A stretch of DNA of 61,650 nucleotides, the filler included, from Squatina squatina (taxonomy: Eukaryota), in NCBI GenBank assembly GCA_031763465.1. It is 4 parts of 4 records of this genome, joined end to end, with 100 filler letters (N's around TTAATTAATTAA, not from the genome) between each part and the next. Parts side by side here need not be neighbours in the genome. Positions count along the whole stretch, not along the records: positions 1 to 14,438 come from JARFOE010000001.1; positions 14,539 to 34,300 come from JARFOE010000194.1; 2 more parts are not named here. One strand, given 5' to 3'. This document shows, piece by piece, positions 11,341 through 24,755 of the stretch (within the stretch, counting starts at the first letter, position 1; each line of letters starts with the position of its first letter). The notes below the pieces were generated by a model that had not been told where the DNA came from, searched no databases, and saw nothing but the letters and a program-made list of their open reading frames with translations. The translations under genes and the position numbers were made by a program.

Positions 11341-14300
11341 TCTAAAATTTTTTGATCTATTTTGTAGCATATTGAGGACAATAAACCTAAACCAGTGGTT
11401 CTCACTTTTTCAGGATTGACCCCAACAACTCATACATTTTGCTCCAGGCCACCCCAAAAAGTTCTCATAGCTTCTTGCATCCCATATTATGAATACCGAT
11501 AAATCTTCAAAATAAAATGTAAAGTTTATCATTCTAGCTCTTGTTTACTTCCGTTCCTTCCTCTGTTTCCTTTTGTTTTACTCTTTCCTGTGCCAGTGAT
11601 TTTTTTTCTTTCTCTCCTTCACCCCTATTTCTTTCTATATCCAACCTTCACTTCTGTTTCTCTCCCTGCAACCTTCCACTCTGTTTCCTTCTCACTCACT
11701 TTTCCTTTTGGGNNNNNNNNNNNNNNNNNNNNNNNNNNNNNNNNNNNNNNNNNNNNNNNNNNNNNNNNNNNNNNNNNNNNNNNNNNNNNNNNNNNNNNNN
11801 NNNNNNNNNNNNCTTCTCCCCCAGTGTGTTTCAAATTACTGCCCGTGACTGTTATGGTACTTCCTTGGAGCCACTTAGTGCCACTGACACATTTACAATT
11901 GTGCCAGTCAGTGTTTCCTGATGTTATTGTGGATGCTAGCCAATTGTCTCTGGCAGTAATAGGGTAATATTATTCCGCTGGTCCTGTGTGTTTGACGTAA
12001 GCTTTAAAGGAACAAAACATCTGATCTCTGTTGTGATATCAGATATCAGTTTAATATGAACTGACCTGAGACCAGTATACTGAGAGTTGTATCCAAACTC
12101 TGGAAATTGGCACAAAGATCAATGATGCAAGTGAATGAGACCGGATTTCTTCTGCAATGGAGAATTACGCTATTTTGTGCAATCATTCTTCGCCCAAACT
12201 AAAGAATACTTTTGGCTCTGCCTAATGAAATTAACCCAATTGTGAGTGCCTCAGATTTCTGACTCGAATTTGTGCTCATTCTCCTATAATAAGTGTCAGT
12301 GTTCGACGACTTTATCAGCAATTTAACACATACCCAAATTCCAATCCCCAAGAAATTAATAAATCTACACTGGACAATAATCACAGTTTCACTTTCACCA
12401 AAAGTAGTCCCATAAATAATCTGAGCGTTTCTACAAGCACACTCACCGGGTCAGTGGACCGATGAGCTACTTGTTCATTTACAGCATTAGTTATTTTCTG
12501 TTTTCTAAAGCCAGCAATCTCATTCATCGTCCATCAGATTTTGTTCCTTCTAGGTTTCCCCATACGGCTGAGTGAACAATAACAAAGGCCAGGCCTGTGT
12601 AGTACGTACTTTGTGAACAAAATCAAAGTTAACCAGTGCTTGAGGATCTTTCCCCCTATTACTTGTAGCAATATGCAGCAAAGCCTGAACTGATTCAATT
12701 TGGATTTACTTCGCTGGGGGGAGGAGGAGGAATCTTTTGAAATTTTTTCCAATTTCTACTATTCAGATCAATTCAAGTACTTCTCGATTCAGCATGTTTA
12801 ATTTAGATTCTTCAACAGAGATGTTGGAATGTATGCAAGTGATATTAGTAGCATATATACATACATATATTAGATAGATATGTACAATATTTTTCCAAAG
12901 CTGATTTCAAGTTAGAAAGATGGGCACAAATCTAAAGTCTGAACTTTGAGAAAGTTTCCAAACCAAATTCAAATTCAGATTCAGATTCAACCTGACCTAA
13001 CATTGATAACATGAAACTGCTCACTTTGGTGCAGTCATCAACCAATTATTAAGACTTCTTCAAGAAAGCAGTTTGAATTAGACAGAAGAGTGAGTATGGG
13101 GGTAGAAGACAAGCCATATATTTGGAATAAGATCAAAGAGTTGGTAATGCTGACANNNNNNNNNNNNNNNNNNNNNNNNNNNNNNNNNNNNNNNNNNNNN
13201 NNNNNNNNNNNNNNNNNNNNNNNNNNNNNNNNNNNNNNNNNNNNNNNNNNNNNNNATGTAAGGGAGAATAAAAAATATCATGCAATCACAGGCTGGCATC
13301 TCAGTGATTTTTTTTTTTGCTCATTCAGCTTGTTAATCACTGAAGCATCAAGAAATGACATTCCCCATCAGAGGCTCATCCGAATGTATACTGCTGTTAC
13401 TGTGACATTTTTGCACAATGAATATTACTGCAGGTTCAGTGGCAGTTCTTTCTCTATAGCTGCCACATTAACTCTGGGTTTTCTCCTCTTGCTGCAATGA
13501 TCCGTTAAACAATTTTAGGTTAGAGTATTCAATAAGGAGGGATNNNNNNNNNNTGTTGTGTGTAATATATTTTGTTTGATTCATATACAGTTATAAAAGA
13601 ATCCACATTGTCAGACTTACTTATCATGTTGGTGTCCATTTTCTAATGTTATGGAGTAGAACCCTAATCATGGGTCATTTTCCAGCCAAATGAATGACAT
13701 TTGGCTTCACAACACTAGTCAAAATAGGAAGAAAATCAAAACTGAAATAAAGGAAATCAAATCTAAGAAAATGAAAAAGAGAATATTCTGAAAAAAGCTA
13801 AGTTTCAGATATGAGAAATGGGGTTGAATAAACAGTGTAGAAATCAGAGTCAAAGTTCATCGTATGTTAATATTTCCATATTGTTATCGCAGATTGCTTA
13901 AAGAGCCTTTCCTACCTCAGTTAGATGTAAAAATCCAAGTATATTTTCAGGTTGGAGCATTTGAGGTGCTATGACGACAAAATTAGAATACTAAAGAGGA
14001 TATACATTATATAAGAATGGTTTGGCATATTGATCATTTCATTATAAAATAAGCAGATTAGAATTCAAAATGGGTCACTACATTACATTATTCATTAACA
14101 GCCATGGATTGAACCCTTCTCGCTAATCTCATTTGTCTGTGTTAGCCATATAAAATATTAAAAATAGCACAACCCTATTGTTCTCCTGAACTCATTTTTT
14201 GTGAGATTTATGTATGTAGATATTCTGTCATAGTGTGTCAGATGAACTATAGCAGCCAAGTCCATAAGAGCTTCACTCGCTTATCACATAATAACGCCCC

Positions 14301-14438
14301 ACTTATCAAATTTATTGACCCGGTGGGCCTTTAAGACGGCTGAACGATGATTTACAGCAAACCAGCAAATCTCATTACAGCTGACTGCTGCATCCCGATC
14401 CCAGCATCCTTTGCATGATTTGCTGCAGTCTCTTAGCA

Positions 14439-14538
14439 NNNNNNNNNNNNNNNNNNNNNNNNNNNNNNNNNNNNNNNNNNNNTTAATTAATTAANNNNNN
14501 NNNNNNNNNNNNNNNNNNNNNNNNNNNNNNNNNNNNNN
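14439..14538. other. Artificial scaffold-concatenation linker
   Basis: 44 N + TTAATTAATTAA (14483-14494; stops in all six frames) + 44 N; identical to the other two linkers. Confidence 0.97.
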
Positions 14539-15485
14539 CAAGGCACTAAGGAGACTCCTGGAAGGAGCAGAGGCCTCTGTAACCAGCTCGCTCCAATTCC
14601 CTGAGGGTACCGCTGGGTTCCTGCTGGAGTTAAGGTGGGTGACTGGTGGAATCACCAAAGCCCACTAATAAATTCAGAAGGGGGAAAAATGTAACTCACT
14701 ACTACTGGAGTCTTGAGTGTGTTATACAAATCTCCTTTATGAATGTGATAAACATGATAAATAGCAGTTTCCAGTGCAGTATTCTACATACAATATATAT
14801 GTTCCAGCTACATATTTCTTTGTTAAAGACATAAATTAAACTTATCTTTTACTATAGGAGTTTTGGCCCTGTATGGTGTATTTCATTTCATGGAGAAGAT
14901 TATAGTGTTCTAAATTATTTTCATGGTTGTCTTAGTGACAGACAGGATGTTTTTAGGTACTGAGAGCCAGCGTGTTTTTATTGTTTCACTGTCAGCTGTG
15001 TGGTACCAGTATGCTCTGTCTGCAATACTGATGCCACAAAAAGCTCACTGGCTGTTGGTAGGTGTGAGTTGCTATGGTGACAGCTGGCACTTGATGCTGA
15101 TGAACCTCAGTGTGCCACTATTTGAATTTATTTCAACCAGCATCGGCTTGTGGCAAAGTTGTTCTGATTGGGTCATTATTTTATGTACATAGAATAAATT
15201 CTGAATTCTACTGGTTGTGCCACAGATAACTCTATACATTTAAAAAAATAAAAAGAATAATGCAAAAACACTAAAAGAACTGCAAGACTATCTATTAAAA
15301 TCATACTAGCTAATAAGTTAATATTTAAAAAAAATCTAAAATATTCNNNNNNNNNNNNNNNNNNNNNNNNNNNNNNNNNNNNNNNNNNNNNNNNNNNNNN
15401 NNNNNNNNNNNNNNNNNNNNNNNNNNNNNNNNNNNNNNNNNNNNNNACACAGCGGGCCCATGACTATCTTTAGAAGGAAATGTGG

Positions 15486-15554
15486 GTTAACATTTTGGGT
15501 GTAGACCCTTCATCAGAACAGTTCTGACAAAGGGTCTATATCTGAAACTTTAAC
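15486..15554. repeat. Imperfect palindrome, probably Penelope/MITE-derived
   Basis: gttaacattttgggtgtagacccttcatcagaac pairs with gttctgacaaagggtctatatctgaaactttaac. The origin is inferred. Confidence 0.6.
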
Positions 15555-16562
15555 ACATCAAATCTCATTACAGATGCTCAGGACTTGCTGTGTATGGTCT
15601 GAGGTTAAAGCTAAAATTACTAACTGTCCTCACCTTGAAAGTCCAACTCTAGACTTGAACAGAGAAAGTTCAACACCATTGTGATCATATACTGGGAGAA
15701 AAGTATAGGCAGTTTGTATGACTTTTTAAAAACTGGGAATTAAATATTTAAAAAAAAGATTTTGCTGTATTTTGATTGCTAATTATGCAAATTAAATAAA
15801 TAAGATTTCAATATTAATGTGTTTATATTAAAATGTAAGATATTTGAAAACAAAAACTGCACAGCAACTTTATTAATGAATGCTACATTGGCCAAAAAAG
15901 ATATCCATGCATACATGGAATGAATGTTTTGTTATTGCGAATGCCCTGGCAATTTATGACTTTTATCAGAATTGAACATGCTGATCATGCACAAGAAAAA
16001 GATGAATGATGATCACAATCCATAAGATTGTTGATGGACTCAGTGGCAGACTTGCTGAGTAAAGATTTTACTGTTGGCAGCGGTGTTAATTATTTTTCAC
16101 CTCCCTGCTAACAGCAATGTTAGAAGCTACAATGCTGGGGAAAGGAGAAGGAGATTGGATGAACAAGAGGTGAGAACAACCCTTGTGTGCTGGACTACCC
16201 AATTAACCCCTCAGTAAAAGTACTAAAATACCATTCTACCTTAATACTACCTAGGAGCTGCTTTTAACATAATACAAAAGCCAGAAATACAATACAACGA
16301 CACAATGGACACATGTGTATAGCATGAACAGGAAGCTGCATAGATTTGTTTTTGGATGGAAGGAGGTGTTGCATTTCACTGTACCCAGGAAAATGTGATT
16401 CCTTTTGGCCTTCACCATTGGCTTCACATCCCCAATTTCAAAATAGAAAATTCTGCCAATATGAAATTTTCCACTGCCAATTATCCAACACTTGTTTCAA
16501 AAAATGGCCACAGAATTCTGGCCATAAAATGCATTAGGCATTGCTCTTTTACCTCAGAGACT

Positions 16563-16847
16563 TGGGGCTGGACGTTATGTGGCGGGCAATGCCAGTGGCA
16601 GGTCCCAGCTCCACCCCGCTGTGCAGAATGAATTTTCCTTGATTAGGCTTGTCAACGCGTTTCCCGGCCAATTAGAGGAAGTGGGTCTGGTGATGTCATT
16701 TGATGATGCATCATCAGCCGGTTTCCTTAAAGGGACCATGGCCAGCTTTAATTTGACATTTGTGCTGTCAGTGTTATACAGCATTGAGGTACAGGACTGC
16801 GCCCAGGCTCTTCCATGCCTCCCTCCATATGCTTATGGAGGTGTCAC
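16563..16847. mobile_element. Probable non-autonomous DNA transposon end (Harbinger-like)
   Basis: GGGGCTGGA.. terminus and GC-richer subterminal sequence running into a gap; family assignment is inference. Confidence 0.4.
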
Positions 16848-16947
16848 NNNNNNNNNNNNNNNNNNNNNNNNNNNNNNNNNNNNNNNNNNNNNNNNNNNNN
16901 NNNNNNNNNNNNNNNNNNNNNNNNNNNNNNNNNNNNNNNNNNNNNNN

Positions 16948-17707
16948 TCAATTGGGAAGACATAGGTTAATCAAGGAGAGCCAGCATAGATTTGTTAAAG
17001 GTAAATCATGTCTGACTAACTTGATTGAATTCTTTGATGAGGTAACAGAGAAGGTTGGTCAAGGTAGTGCAGTAGATGTGTATATATAGACTTTCAGAAG
17101 GCATTTGACGAAGTGCCACACAGGAGACTTACTAAGAAGATGGAAGCCCAGGGAATTAAGAGGAAAGTGGAGATTATGGATACAAAATTGGCTCGGTGAC
17201 TGGAAGCAGTGGGTGGTGGCGGATGAATGTTTTTCAGACTGGAGGGCGGGTGGGGAGGGGTGTGATTTGCAGTGGTGTCCCCCAAGAGTCAATTTTGGAT
17301 CCATTACTCTTTGCAATTTTTATAAATGACCTTGACTTGGGTGCAGGGAGCAGCGTTATAAAGCTTGCAAATGATATGAAACTTGGCAAGGTCATAGATC
17401 ATGGTGAGGATAGCTATAGGCTTCCAGCTGACATAGACAAGATGCTGAAATGGGCAGAAGCAGAGAATTGTGAAGTGATGCAATTTGGGACGACTTATAT
17501 GGGAAGACAGTGCACTATAAATGGTGCGATTTTGGAAAGTGTAGATGGGCAGAGAGACCTTGTTGCCCATATACAGAGATTATTAAAGGTAGCAGGGCAA
17601 GTTGATAAGGTGGTTAAAAAGCCGATGGATTACCTGCGTTTACAAATAGAGGAATAGAGAATAAAAGCAAAGGGATCATGCTAGGGCTATAAAAATCTGT
17701 ACCTAAG
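16948..17707 (+). mobile_element. CR1 LINE reverse transcriptase fragment
   Basis: SQHRFVKGKSCLTNLIEFFDEVT..DFQKAFDEVPH..SGVPQESILDPLLFAIFINDLD..KLANDMKLG; frameshifted. Confidence 0.92.
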
Positions 17708-18748
17708 NNNNNNNNNNNNNNNNNNNNNNNNNNNNNNNNNNNNNNNNNNNNNNNNNNNNNNNNNNNNNNNNNNNNNNNNNNNNNNNNNNNNNNNNNNNNN
17801 NNNNNNNCCTATGATTTCATTTGTATTGATCATAAGTACCTTTTTGCTCAAAACTATTTTAAATTTTCACTTCCCCACTCTCGATTTTCGATCCACAGAA
17901 TTGAAGTTACATATGGTTTCATCGAAGCTACTTTCTTCAAGCTGCAGCTAGTAAAGGTACAGATCTGTCAGTCACGGCTGATTAAGGAGAGTTCTCTAAA
18001 ATATAATCCCAAACCCTGATGTCCTTTGATGTGTGTATTCTTCCGCAGTTGCTTTGTAAAGGTTATGTATCCCTTGGTTTATTAGTAATCAACTTGTGTT
18101 ATCTATAAAATGGAGACATTCTTATCTGCAAATTGCATAGCTGTTAAATTTAGATATGAAATGACATTTATTTTCCCCTGACAATTCTGATAAGTACCAG
18201 AAGGATACAGTCTATTTTAGGTGTTAATTGGGATTCTAATGAAGCAATATTGAAGATGGCAGCACGGCTTTTTCTGTATTTTACTGGCAATGCTATTGTT
18301 GCATACATGTGTGGTTAAATAACTGGATCAAAGGTGTAGCAGAAAAGCAAGGGAATTAGGGGAAATTGCAGACTGCATCAGGAAAAATATATTTATGAAC
18401 ACTTTTTTCTTTCTCTTGGATCTAATGTTCTGTCTTTGTTTTCCTGACTTTTTTTTGCTGATTTATTGAATATATCTTTGTTTAAACACTGGGGAACTGG
18501 GTAGGAAGAGTTATTTACCCTGTCACTGAGAGAGCTAAATTAACATCTGCGGAGATGTAGTCATTTACTCAAGGTTCTTTTGTGGTAGTTCATGTATGAT
18601 TGAGTTAAATCAGCTTCCTCACTTATAGGATCACTTATTCAAGCCAGTNNNNNNNNNNNNNNNNNNNNNNNNNNNNNNNNNNNNNNNNNNNNNNNNNNNN
18701 NNNNNNNNNNNNNNNNNNNNNNNNNNNNNNNNNNNNNNNNNNNNNNNN

Positions 18749-18945
18749 CCTGGGATACATTTCATCCGGGCCTGGGGATTTATCCACTTTCAAAGATGCT
18801 AAACCCCTTAATACTTCCTCTTTCATTATGTTTATTTCATCTAATATTTCGTACTCCTCCCTCCTGATTTCCTTATCTATGTTATCCCTCTGTTTGTGAA
18901 AACAGATGCAAAGTATTCTTTCAAAACCATACCCATGTCCTTACC
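18749..18945 (-). mobile_element. CR1 LINE ORF2 fragment
   Basis: KEEVLRGLASLKVDKSPGPDEMYPR. Confidence 0.85.
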
Positions 18946-19136
18946 CACGATAAATTGAAATATATCTTATTTAATCTCCTAAGTATGTCAGACTTGTGAC
19001 CTTGATATTTCCTTAAATCTGGAGTTTATTTGCCTATAGTATATTTTGCGTACAGTATTGCCATAGAACAATCTACTTATACTTGCTTGTGCTGTTTTCA
19101 GCCACAGACTCAGCCTCGGTCTTAAATCCCCTAACA

Positions 19137-19319
19137 AATCTGTGAAGAATTTATACAACCCATGATCAGCATTGTAGGATGCGATGTCTTGGGATGCTGC
19201 CATTGTTGATCGACTCCATTTGACCAAGGTAATTTCTGCAGAGGTCTGTTTCGTAGCACAGTTTAAATTGACCTTGCCGCCCAAGATGGTGGTTACATGT
19301 GCAGCATATATTCCAATTT
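19137..19319 (-). pseudogene. N-terminal half of an Ig V-set exon (nectin/TIGIT/CD96/CD200-like), truncated
   Basis: Phase-1 acceptor tttgtctttgcag, then EIGIYAAHVTTILGGKVNLNC..EITLVKWSR..DIASYNADHGLYKFFTD. The B-strand Cys, C-strand Trp and IAxYNxxHG motif are present, but no DxGxYxC follows before the stop at 18988. Confidence 0.65.
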
Positions 19320-19600
19320 CTGCAAAGACAAAGCAGAAGTTATGCTTGAAAATGGTGCAATACTTGCAAATATCAAAATATTCAGAGGCAAGTGATTTTT
19401 TAACCTTAGACTAGGACAAAAAAAAATCAACAAGTGCTAAAGTTGAGATTTTTACACCAATTGTTTTCGTTTATTATTTTTCAAAATATGATTTTTATTT
19501 TCAATAAAATATTCACCAACATTGTTAATACCATAGCTGAGGTTTACTTAGTTGCTATTAACAGTACAGTAACCTATTCTTGTTATTGTTACTGACATAG

Positions 19601-19990
19601 AATGTGACAATTCTTTTGTACACCAAGATAATACAACTTGTAGATGGTTTGGTCAAAGGAACAAAGGTTTCTCATGTTGTAGAAGGACTCAACCATTCAA
19701 CAAATGGTGAATCAGGAGGAAAGTCACATTGATACAAGTGAGCGAACAGAAGTAGTTTCAAACAAACGTACATATCATTCATACGTGAGCTTTCAGAAAG
19801 CATTATAAACCACTTATGGTATGAACTCAAAGTCCACTTTATCATCAGTACCCTCTTAAACTCATTATCATCCATTATTGTAAATGCAAGCTCCCAGATA
19901 TCAGGAACCCATGGGTTTAGCAAATATTTGTAATCACATCTGCTTTCACTAGCAGTCTGGCAGTTTAAATGGCATGTTCTCGTTGCAGAG
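19601..19990 (+). pseudogene. Possible heavily decayed Ig V-set exon
   Basis: AG acceptor at 19599-19600 and GT donor at 19991. Fragments in several frames: FVHQDNTT..FSC, VTLIQVSEQK, YELKVHFIISTLLNSLSSIIVNASSQISGT, ICFH*QSGSLNGMFSL. Stops and frameshifts throughout. Confidence 0.3.
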
Positions 19991-20438
19991 GTATGAAGTT
20001 ATCACTTTAGATAATGAAGTGAGATATCTCAATTTAATTGATAACTTGTTAAAATAGTAACAATATAGCTAAATATAAAAGATGGATGTATTGGACATTA
20101 TTAGATTGTTTAAATAATGTTGGTTCAAAATGTGAAATTTATTTATGCTACAAAAAAGAATATATCCAGATAGACTCAACTAAATAATGTAAAAATGTGA
20201 GAATGTATGTTGGATCCATCTGTTGGATAAATAATGTGTCCAATGAAATGCTGAAGTATTTTCTGTGTACATTAAGGGAGAGAAATTGTCCCTTTTTTTA
20301 GAGGCCTGTTGGTGCCTCTGGGAGGTGCTAACGGGGCGNNNNNNNNNNNNNNNNNNNNNNNNNNNNNNNNNNNNNNNNNNNNNNNNNNNNNNNNNNNNNN
20401 NNNNNNNNNNNNNNNNNNNNNNNNNNNNNNNNNNNNNN

Positions 20439-20680
20439 AAATATTTGCCAGGACACCGGGAGAATTCCTCTACTCGTTAAATAGTGTCATGAAATTATTT
20501 ACGTCCAACGGAGAGGGCCGATAGAGCCTCGATTTGATGTCTCATCTGAAAGACAGCACCTCTGACAATGCCGCATTCCTCATTACTGCACTGAAGTGTC
20601 AACTTAGATTATGTGCTTAAATCTCTGGAGTGGGCCTTCAACCCACAATTTTTTGATGTAAGGCTGACAGTGTTACTAAC
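20439..20680 (-). mobile_element. tRNA-derived Deu-domain SINE (SacSINE/AmnSINE-like), partial
   Basis: Core gacagcacctctgacaatgccgcattcctcattactgcactgaagtgtca; homologous to 44147-44566. Confidence 0.7.
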
Positions 20681-20699
20681 AATAAGATCCCAGATCCTC

Positions 20700-20800
20700 C
20701 CGAAACCACAGTAGCTGAAGCCAATTGAAGCACACCTACTGCTGCCTTGGTTGAGATTAGCTAACTCAGCTCAGACTAGGGATCCAATCTGGGATGTTCA
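20700..20800 (-). mobile_element. Second SINE-like fragment
   Basis: Reverse complement (gctgagttagctaatctcaaccaaggcagcagtagg) resembles 42700-42745. Confidence 0.45.
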
Positions 20801-21924
20801 GCTACCACAGAGTAAATTCACAGTGATGGAAGCACTATTACCTACTTTTGAAAATGTTAAACATAAGACTATACAGGTACATTCTCTGATTGTTCATTCC
20901 TAGTGTGGGCTCTTGTCCACTGAGTGTGTACATCAGGAAATTCATTTTGACAGAGATCATGGGCTGCCTGTGCACAATTTGCTGACTGGTGCTTCTCTAC
21001 ACGAGCAGGCTCGGCACGAGAAGCACACAATTGAAATATTTACTATTATGTTCAAAGTACTCAGTTTCTGCTATTCCATCTCAGATGTGTGAGATGAATA
21101 AACAAGTATGTTTTTTTAGAAAAGATGATCAATTTTTTATGTATAATTGTAAATAAACAAGAATATATAAATACATGAACGAATACTATAAATGTTTTCT
21201 CATGCATTTGCACATAAAATTTGTAAAGGAAAAATCAAACCAATGCAGTAAATTTGTCCCATTGACAGGTTAAAACTTATAAATCTCCACAAAATTTGTT
21301 AATCTGATCAAAATGGGCACATTATAATTAGAGATTCATCATTATGTAGTAGTTGCACGTAAGAAATGCCCTTTGTTTATTCAAAGACAGCCTTTTTTAA
21401 GCAGGTCTTGATGCAAGCACAGCCTGTGGGAGAGTTCCTCCAGAGCTATTGTTTCCCAGAGAACATTTGATCATGTGCCAAATGCTGGAGGGCTGTTCAC
21501 TTTACAATGGAGTTTGATAGCAGTGATCAACATAAATACATAAATTCATTTCAGGTGGGAGTGCTTAATTTATTCTTCCAATATACCTAACAGACAACAA
21601 ACAAGGTTTGCTAGGTTATTTAACTTAGTTATATTATGTATATTAATGACAACTTCTTTACAAAATATCACAATGATGGGAAAAGTCCAAAAAACTTGCA
21701 GGCATTTCCATGTCATTAATTTCAATTACAGACACCATCATTAGCATTTGCCTATATAGTCTGTTTATCAACACAATGGGGAATGATTTAATCTGTGCAT
21801 TATGTATAGCAAAATAAAAAATGCATCCTTCATACAAACATTTATGATTTCACTACAAGCAGCACATAGGAAATCTTCCCCCGATACGTTCATGCCGCAC
21901 ACCTCAATACATGCATGAATACTT

Positions 21925-22315
21925 GAGGGGGGAAATTTGATTCCCAGGCAGTTGGCTGGTGGAATACATGGGACCGACACTTGGGAGGTACTGAGAGAAT
22001 CCATTTTAATTACCGATTCTCATTAACATAGATGTGGCGAGCTGCCCACATGCAATGGGTGTCCAGAGTTGGCTGATACTCACGTAAGTCATCCGGAGAG
22101 GTTTGCAAATGCAGAAAGGGGGGAGCCCAAAGCAGTCATGGCACAGACCCTCTTTGTGGGGCCATCTGGACAATTTTCAGGCATCTGGATTGGCCACCTA
22201 AAACAAGCGTTAGGACCCTTGCATGTGCTAATGAGGGGTCTAATACCTGTTTAGGACCCATAGGGAAATTGGGCCACCATGAGAGGAGCAGGCGTTTGGC
22301 CTGCGCTGTTCAATT
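21925..22315. mobile_element. Probable non-autonomous DNA transposon fragment
   Basis: GGGGGGAAATTT.. terminus and GC-richer body ending at a gap; family is inference. Confidence 0.35.
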
Positions 22316-24755
22316 NNNNNNNNNNNNNNNNNNNNNNNNNNNNNNNNNNNNNNNNNNNNNNNNNNNNNNNNNNNNNNNNNNNNNNNNNNNNNNNNNNNNN
22401 NNNNNNNNNNNNNNNTCTTGACAAACTCTCTTTGTTTTAGCTCTAATGACAGGGTGAACTAGATATTACCAAACTCCTATTCTTGTCGTTTGCATTAGAA
22501 GTTTTCTCCTCTGTTGATTTTGTCATTTTACCACAGCTTTTTATAGTTTTCAAAAAAGCTACTCATAGACAGTCATTTAATGCCATGGATTGCTTCCTGG
22601 AGTATCATTAACTGAAGGCATGTACACCATGCGAAACGTGGAGAACAATAGATAGCTCGGAGAGATTAAGGGCCAATGTTAACCTAGCCTGCCCACTGGG
22701 AGCGTCTGGAGCTTAAAGAAAAATGCCCTAAAATTGCTTTAAATGTGTCTTAAAATGGATTGTCAGCAGTCAATCTGGACTCTGGGAAACCGAAAGAGCT
22801 AATGCTAAAAATTAATCATGGATGCTTATGTGAAACAAAGCGTTCTTCAGAAAAACTTGTAGGCCTACGCTGTCAAGACCACAGGTCAGACGCACTACAA
22901 ATATGCCACTTTTATCTGAAACTATGGAGCTTCTTTGTTAAGAGCAACGCTGAGAAGTTATAGGAATGAAATTGCCTCATAATAGCTGGCTCTTTTTCCG
23001 ATAGTTTAGCATGAGGTTATCACGATTCCCTAACATGGCTGTTGAAAGTGATTAACACTGAAAGAGGGAATTCTTGTAATACATATGTCACCTAGATTGG
23101 TTAATGATAAATTGAGGTTTGAGAATCAAGAATGTATAAGATGACGTTGGCAAAGCTAAAAGACCCCTCAAGGTACAAACCAAGGGATACATCTGCTATA
23201 TTAAACATGAAATGAGAGAATGTCTGCCTCAGACATGTTTCACATTCAAAGCACAACCTTTCACAGGAACAGCTAAGCTAATAACACTGTGGTAGAGCAA
23301 CAAACAAAAAGCAAGCCAATTCAAATCAAAAGAACCAATTTAGGCTTAAACAGAGAGAATAGTCAAAAATTTAAAACCATGGCTTCACTGGTCCTTGGCC
23401 CCTCTCTATTGGGGTAAGTGTGGTAGAGTAGCTTTCACTGCGCTCTACAGCTGTCTCCACTGGAGCGTCCGGCATCAGGCCAGGGTCAACACATCTACAT
23501 AAGTTTGATTGGTGCCCATGCCAGTATTGACACCTCTTGGGCCTCCATTATAGGTGTGTGGGGGGGAATAGGTTACCATTTGGGGGCTGCTGGTGGGGCT
23601 CCCCCCATCTATACAGATATGCAAGCAGATTGGCTCCCTTTTCAAGAGGGCCAATTCGAGCAGACAAATTAAAGATATCCAGGGTCATATAGGCCAGGAC
23701 CCCTGCCTGGGGCCCCAGTTCTGACTTTTACTTGACCTGTATGCTGGGTTCATCCCATCATCCAGGTTGCAGGCTGGAAGGGAATCCAGAGCCAATGAAA
23801 ATCCCGGCATAGGAAATCTCCCACCTTTGCCCCATCCCCTCTGACATCATGGGCTATGTTTGGGGCAGAGGCTCTAGGCCCTGTTGGAAATTAGGTGCCG
23901 CTGGGATTCCAGGTGGAGACCCAACATTTTCTGCCTCCAACCAGAATTCCAATCCCCGTTGGGCCTGTCACACCCAACTTACAGCCAATATATTACAGCC
24001 AATGCAGACCCACTTTGTATTTCCTTTTCTAAAAATTAAGAATCTGTTAATTGTGAAGTGCGAACATTCCTAAAATTAAACAGAATGTGTCATTTTCCAT
24101 GTAAAAAAAAATGATTAGACAGTACTTTTTCATAAATTCATTGGGGGAAAAAATCCTTAAAACACACCATCACAAGGTGTCTGACTTCCCAATCATGGCT
24201 GTATGCCATCTTCTTGCCATATCCAATGTTAGATTTATTTTTCAGTACTAAGCCTGGCCACTCAGAGGTCTTGCTTCTTCATTGAAAGTAATGAACGGCG
24301 CAAGTTAGAGAAGAATGGCACACTGCAGAAATATGTTTCAGTGGTTCAGACTCAGAAATAACTTGGTGGTGGCTAAATCGACAGGCCCACAACCACATTA
24401 AGGCATTTAGAAAATTTAGCACATGCCAGTCTCCCGTGGCATTGCTCAAGGTATGTCAGTGAATATAATATTGATTAATGAAGGGTGCCTCCTCCCATCC
24501 ATGCAGCTACATGTTGGCATGGGTCCCTGGCCCTGGTTTAATGAAAGGTATACTTCACGACTGGCAGGGTATGGCCCCATGTGCTATGTCTGAATATGAG
24601 AACACACCATCATCTGCTCGCCAGTGGTACAAGTCTGAGAACAAATACAAACTTTNNNNNNNNNNNNNNNNNNNNNNNNNNNNNNNNNNNNNNNNNNNNN
24701 NNNNNNNNNNNNNNNNNNNNNNNNNNNNNNNNNNNNNNNNNNNNNNNNNNNNNNN

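Noticed and set aside
12044-12057. TATCAGTTTAATAT match to U2 snRNA
   Set aside because: Only 14 AT-rich bases; the flanks do not resemble U2.
14483-14494. TTAATTAATTAA palindrome recurring three times, considered as a biological motif
   Set aside because: Always centred in exactly 44+44 N; an artificial six-frame-stop linker.
18256-18332. Possible signal-peptide exon (MAARLF / CILLAMLLLHTCVV) for the Ig genes
   Set aside because: Needs frameshifts, has a weak donor, and a gap separates it from the V-like segments.
19672-19923. Minus-strand ORF resembling a hAT TTF-type zinc-finger region
   Set aside because: The CxxC and His ligands are absent and no further transposase sequence is nearby.
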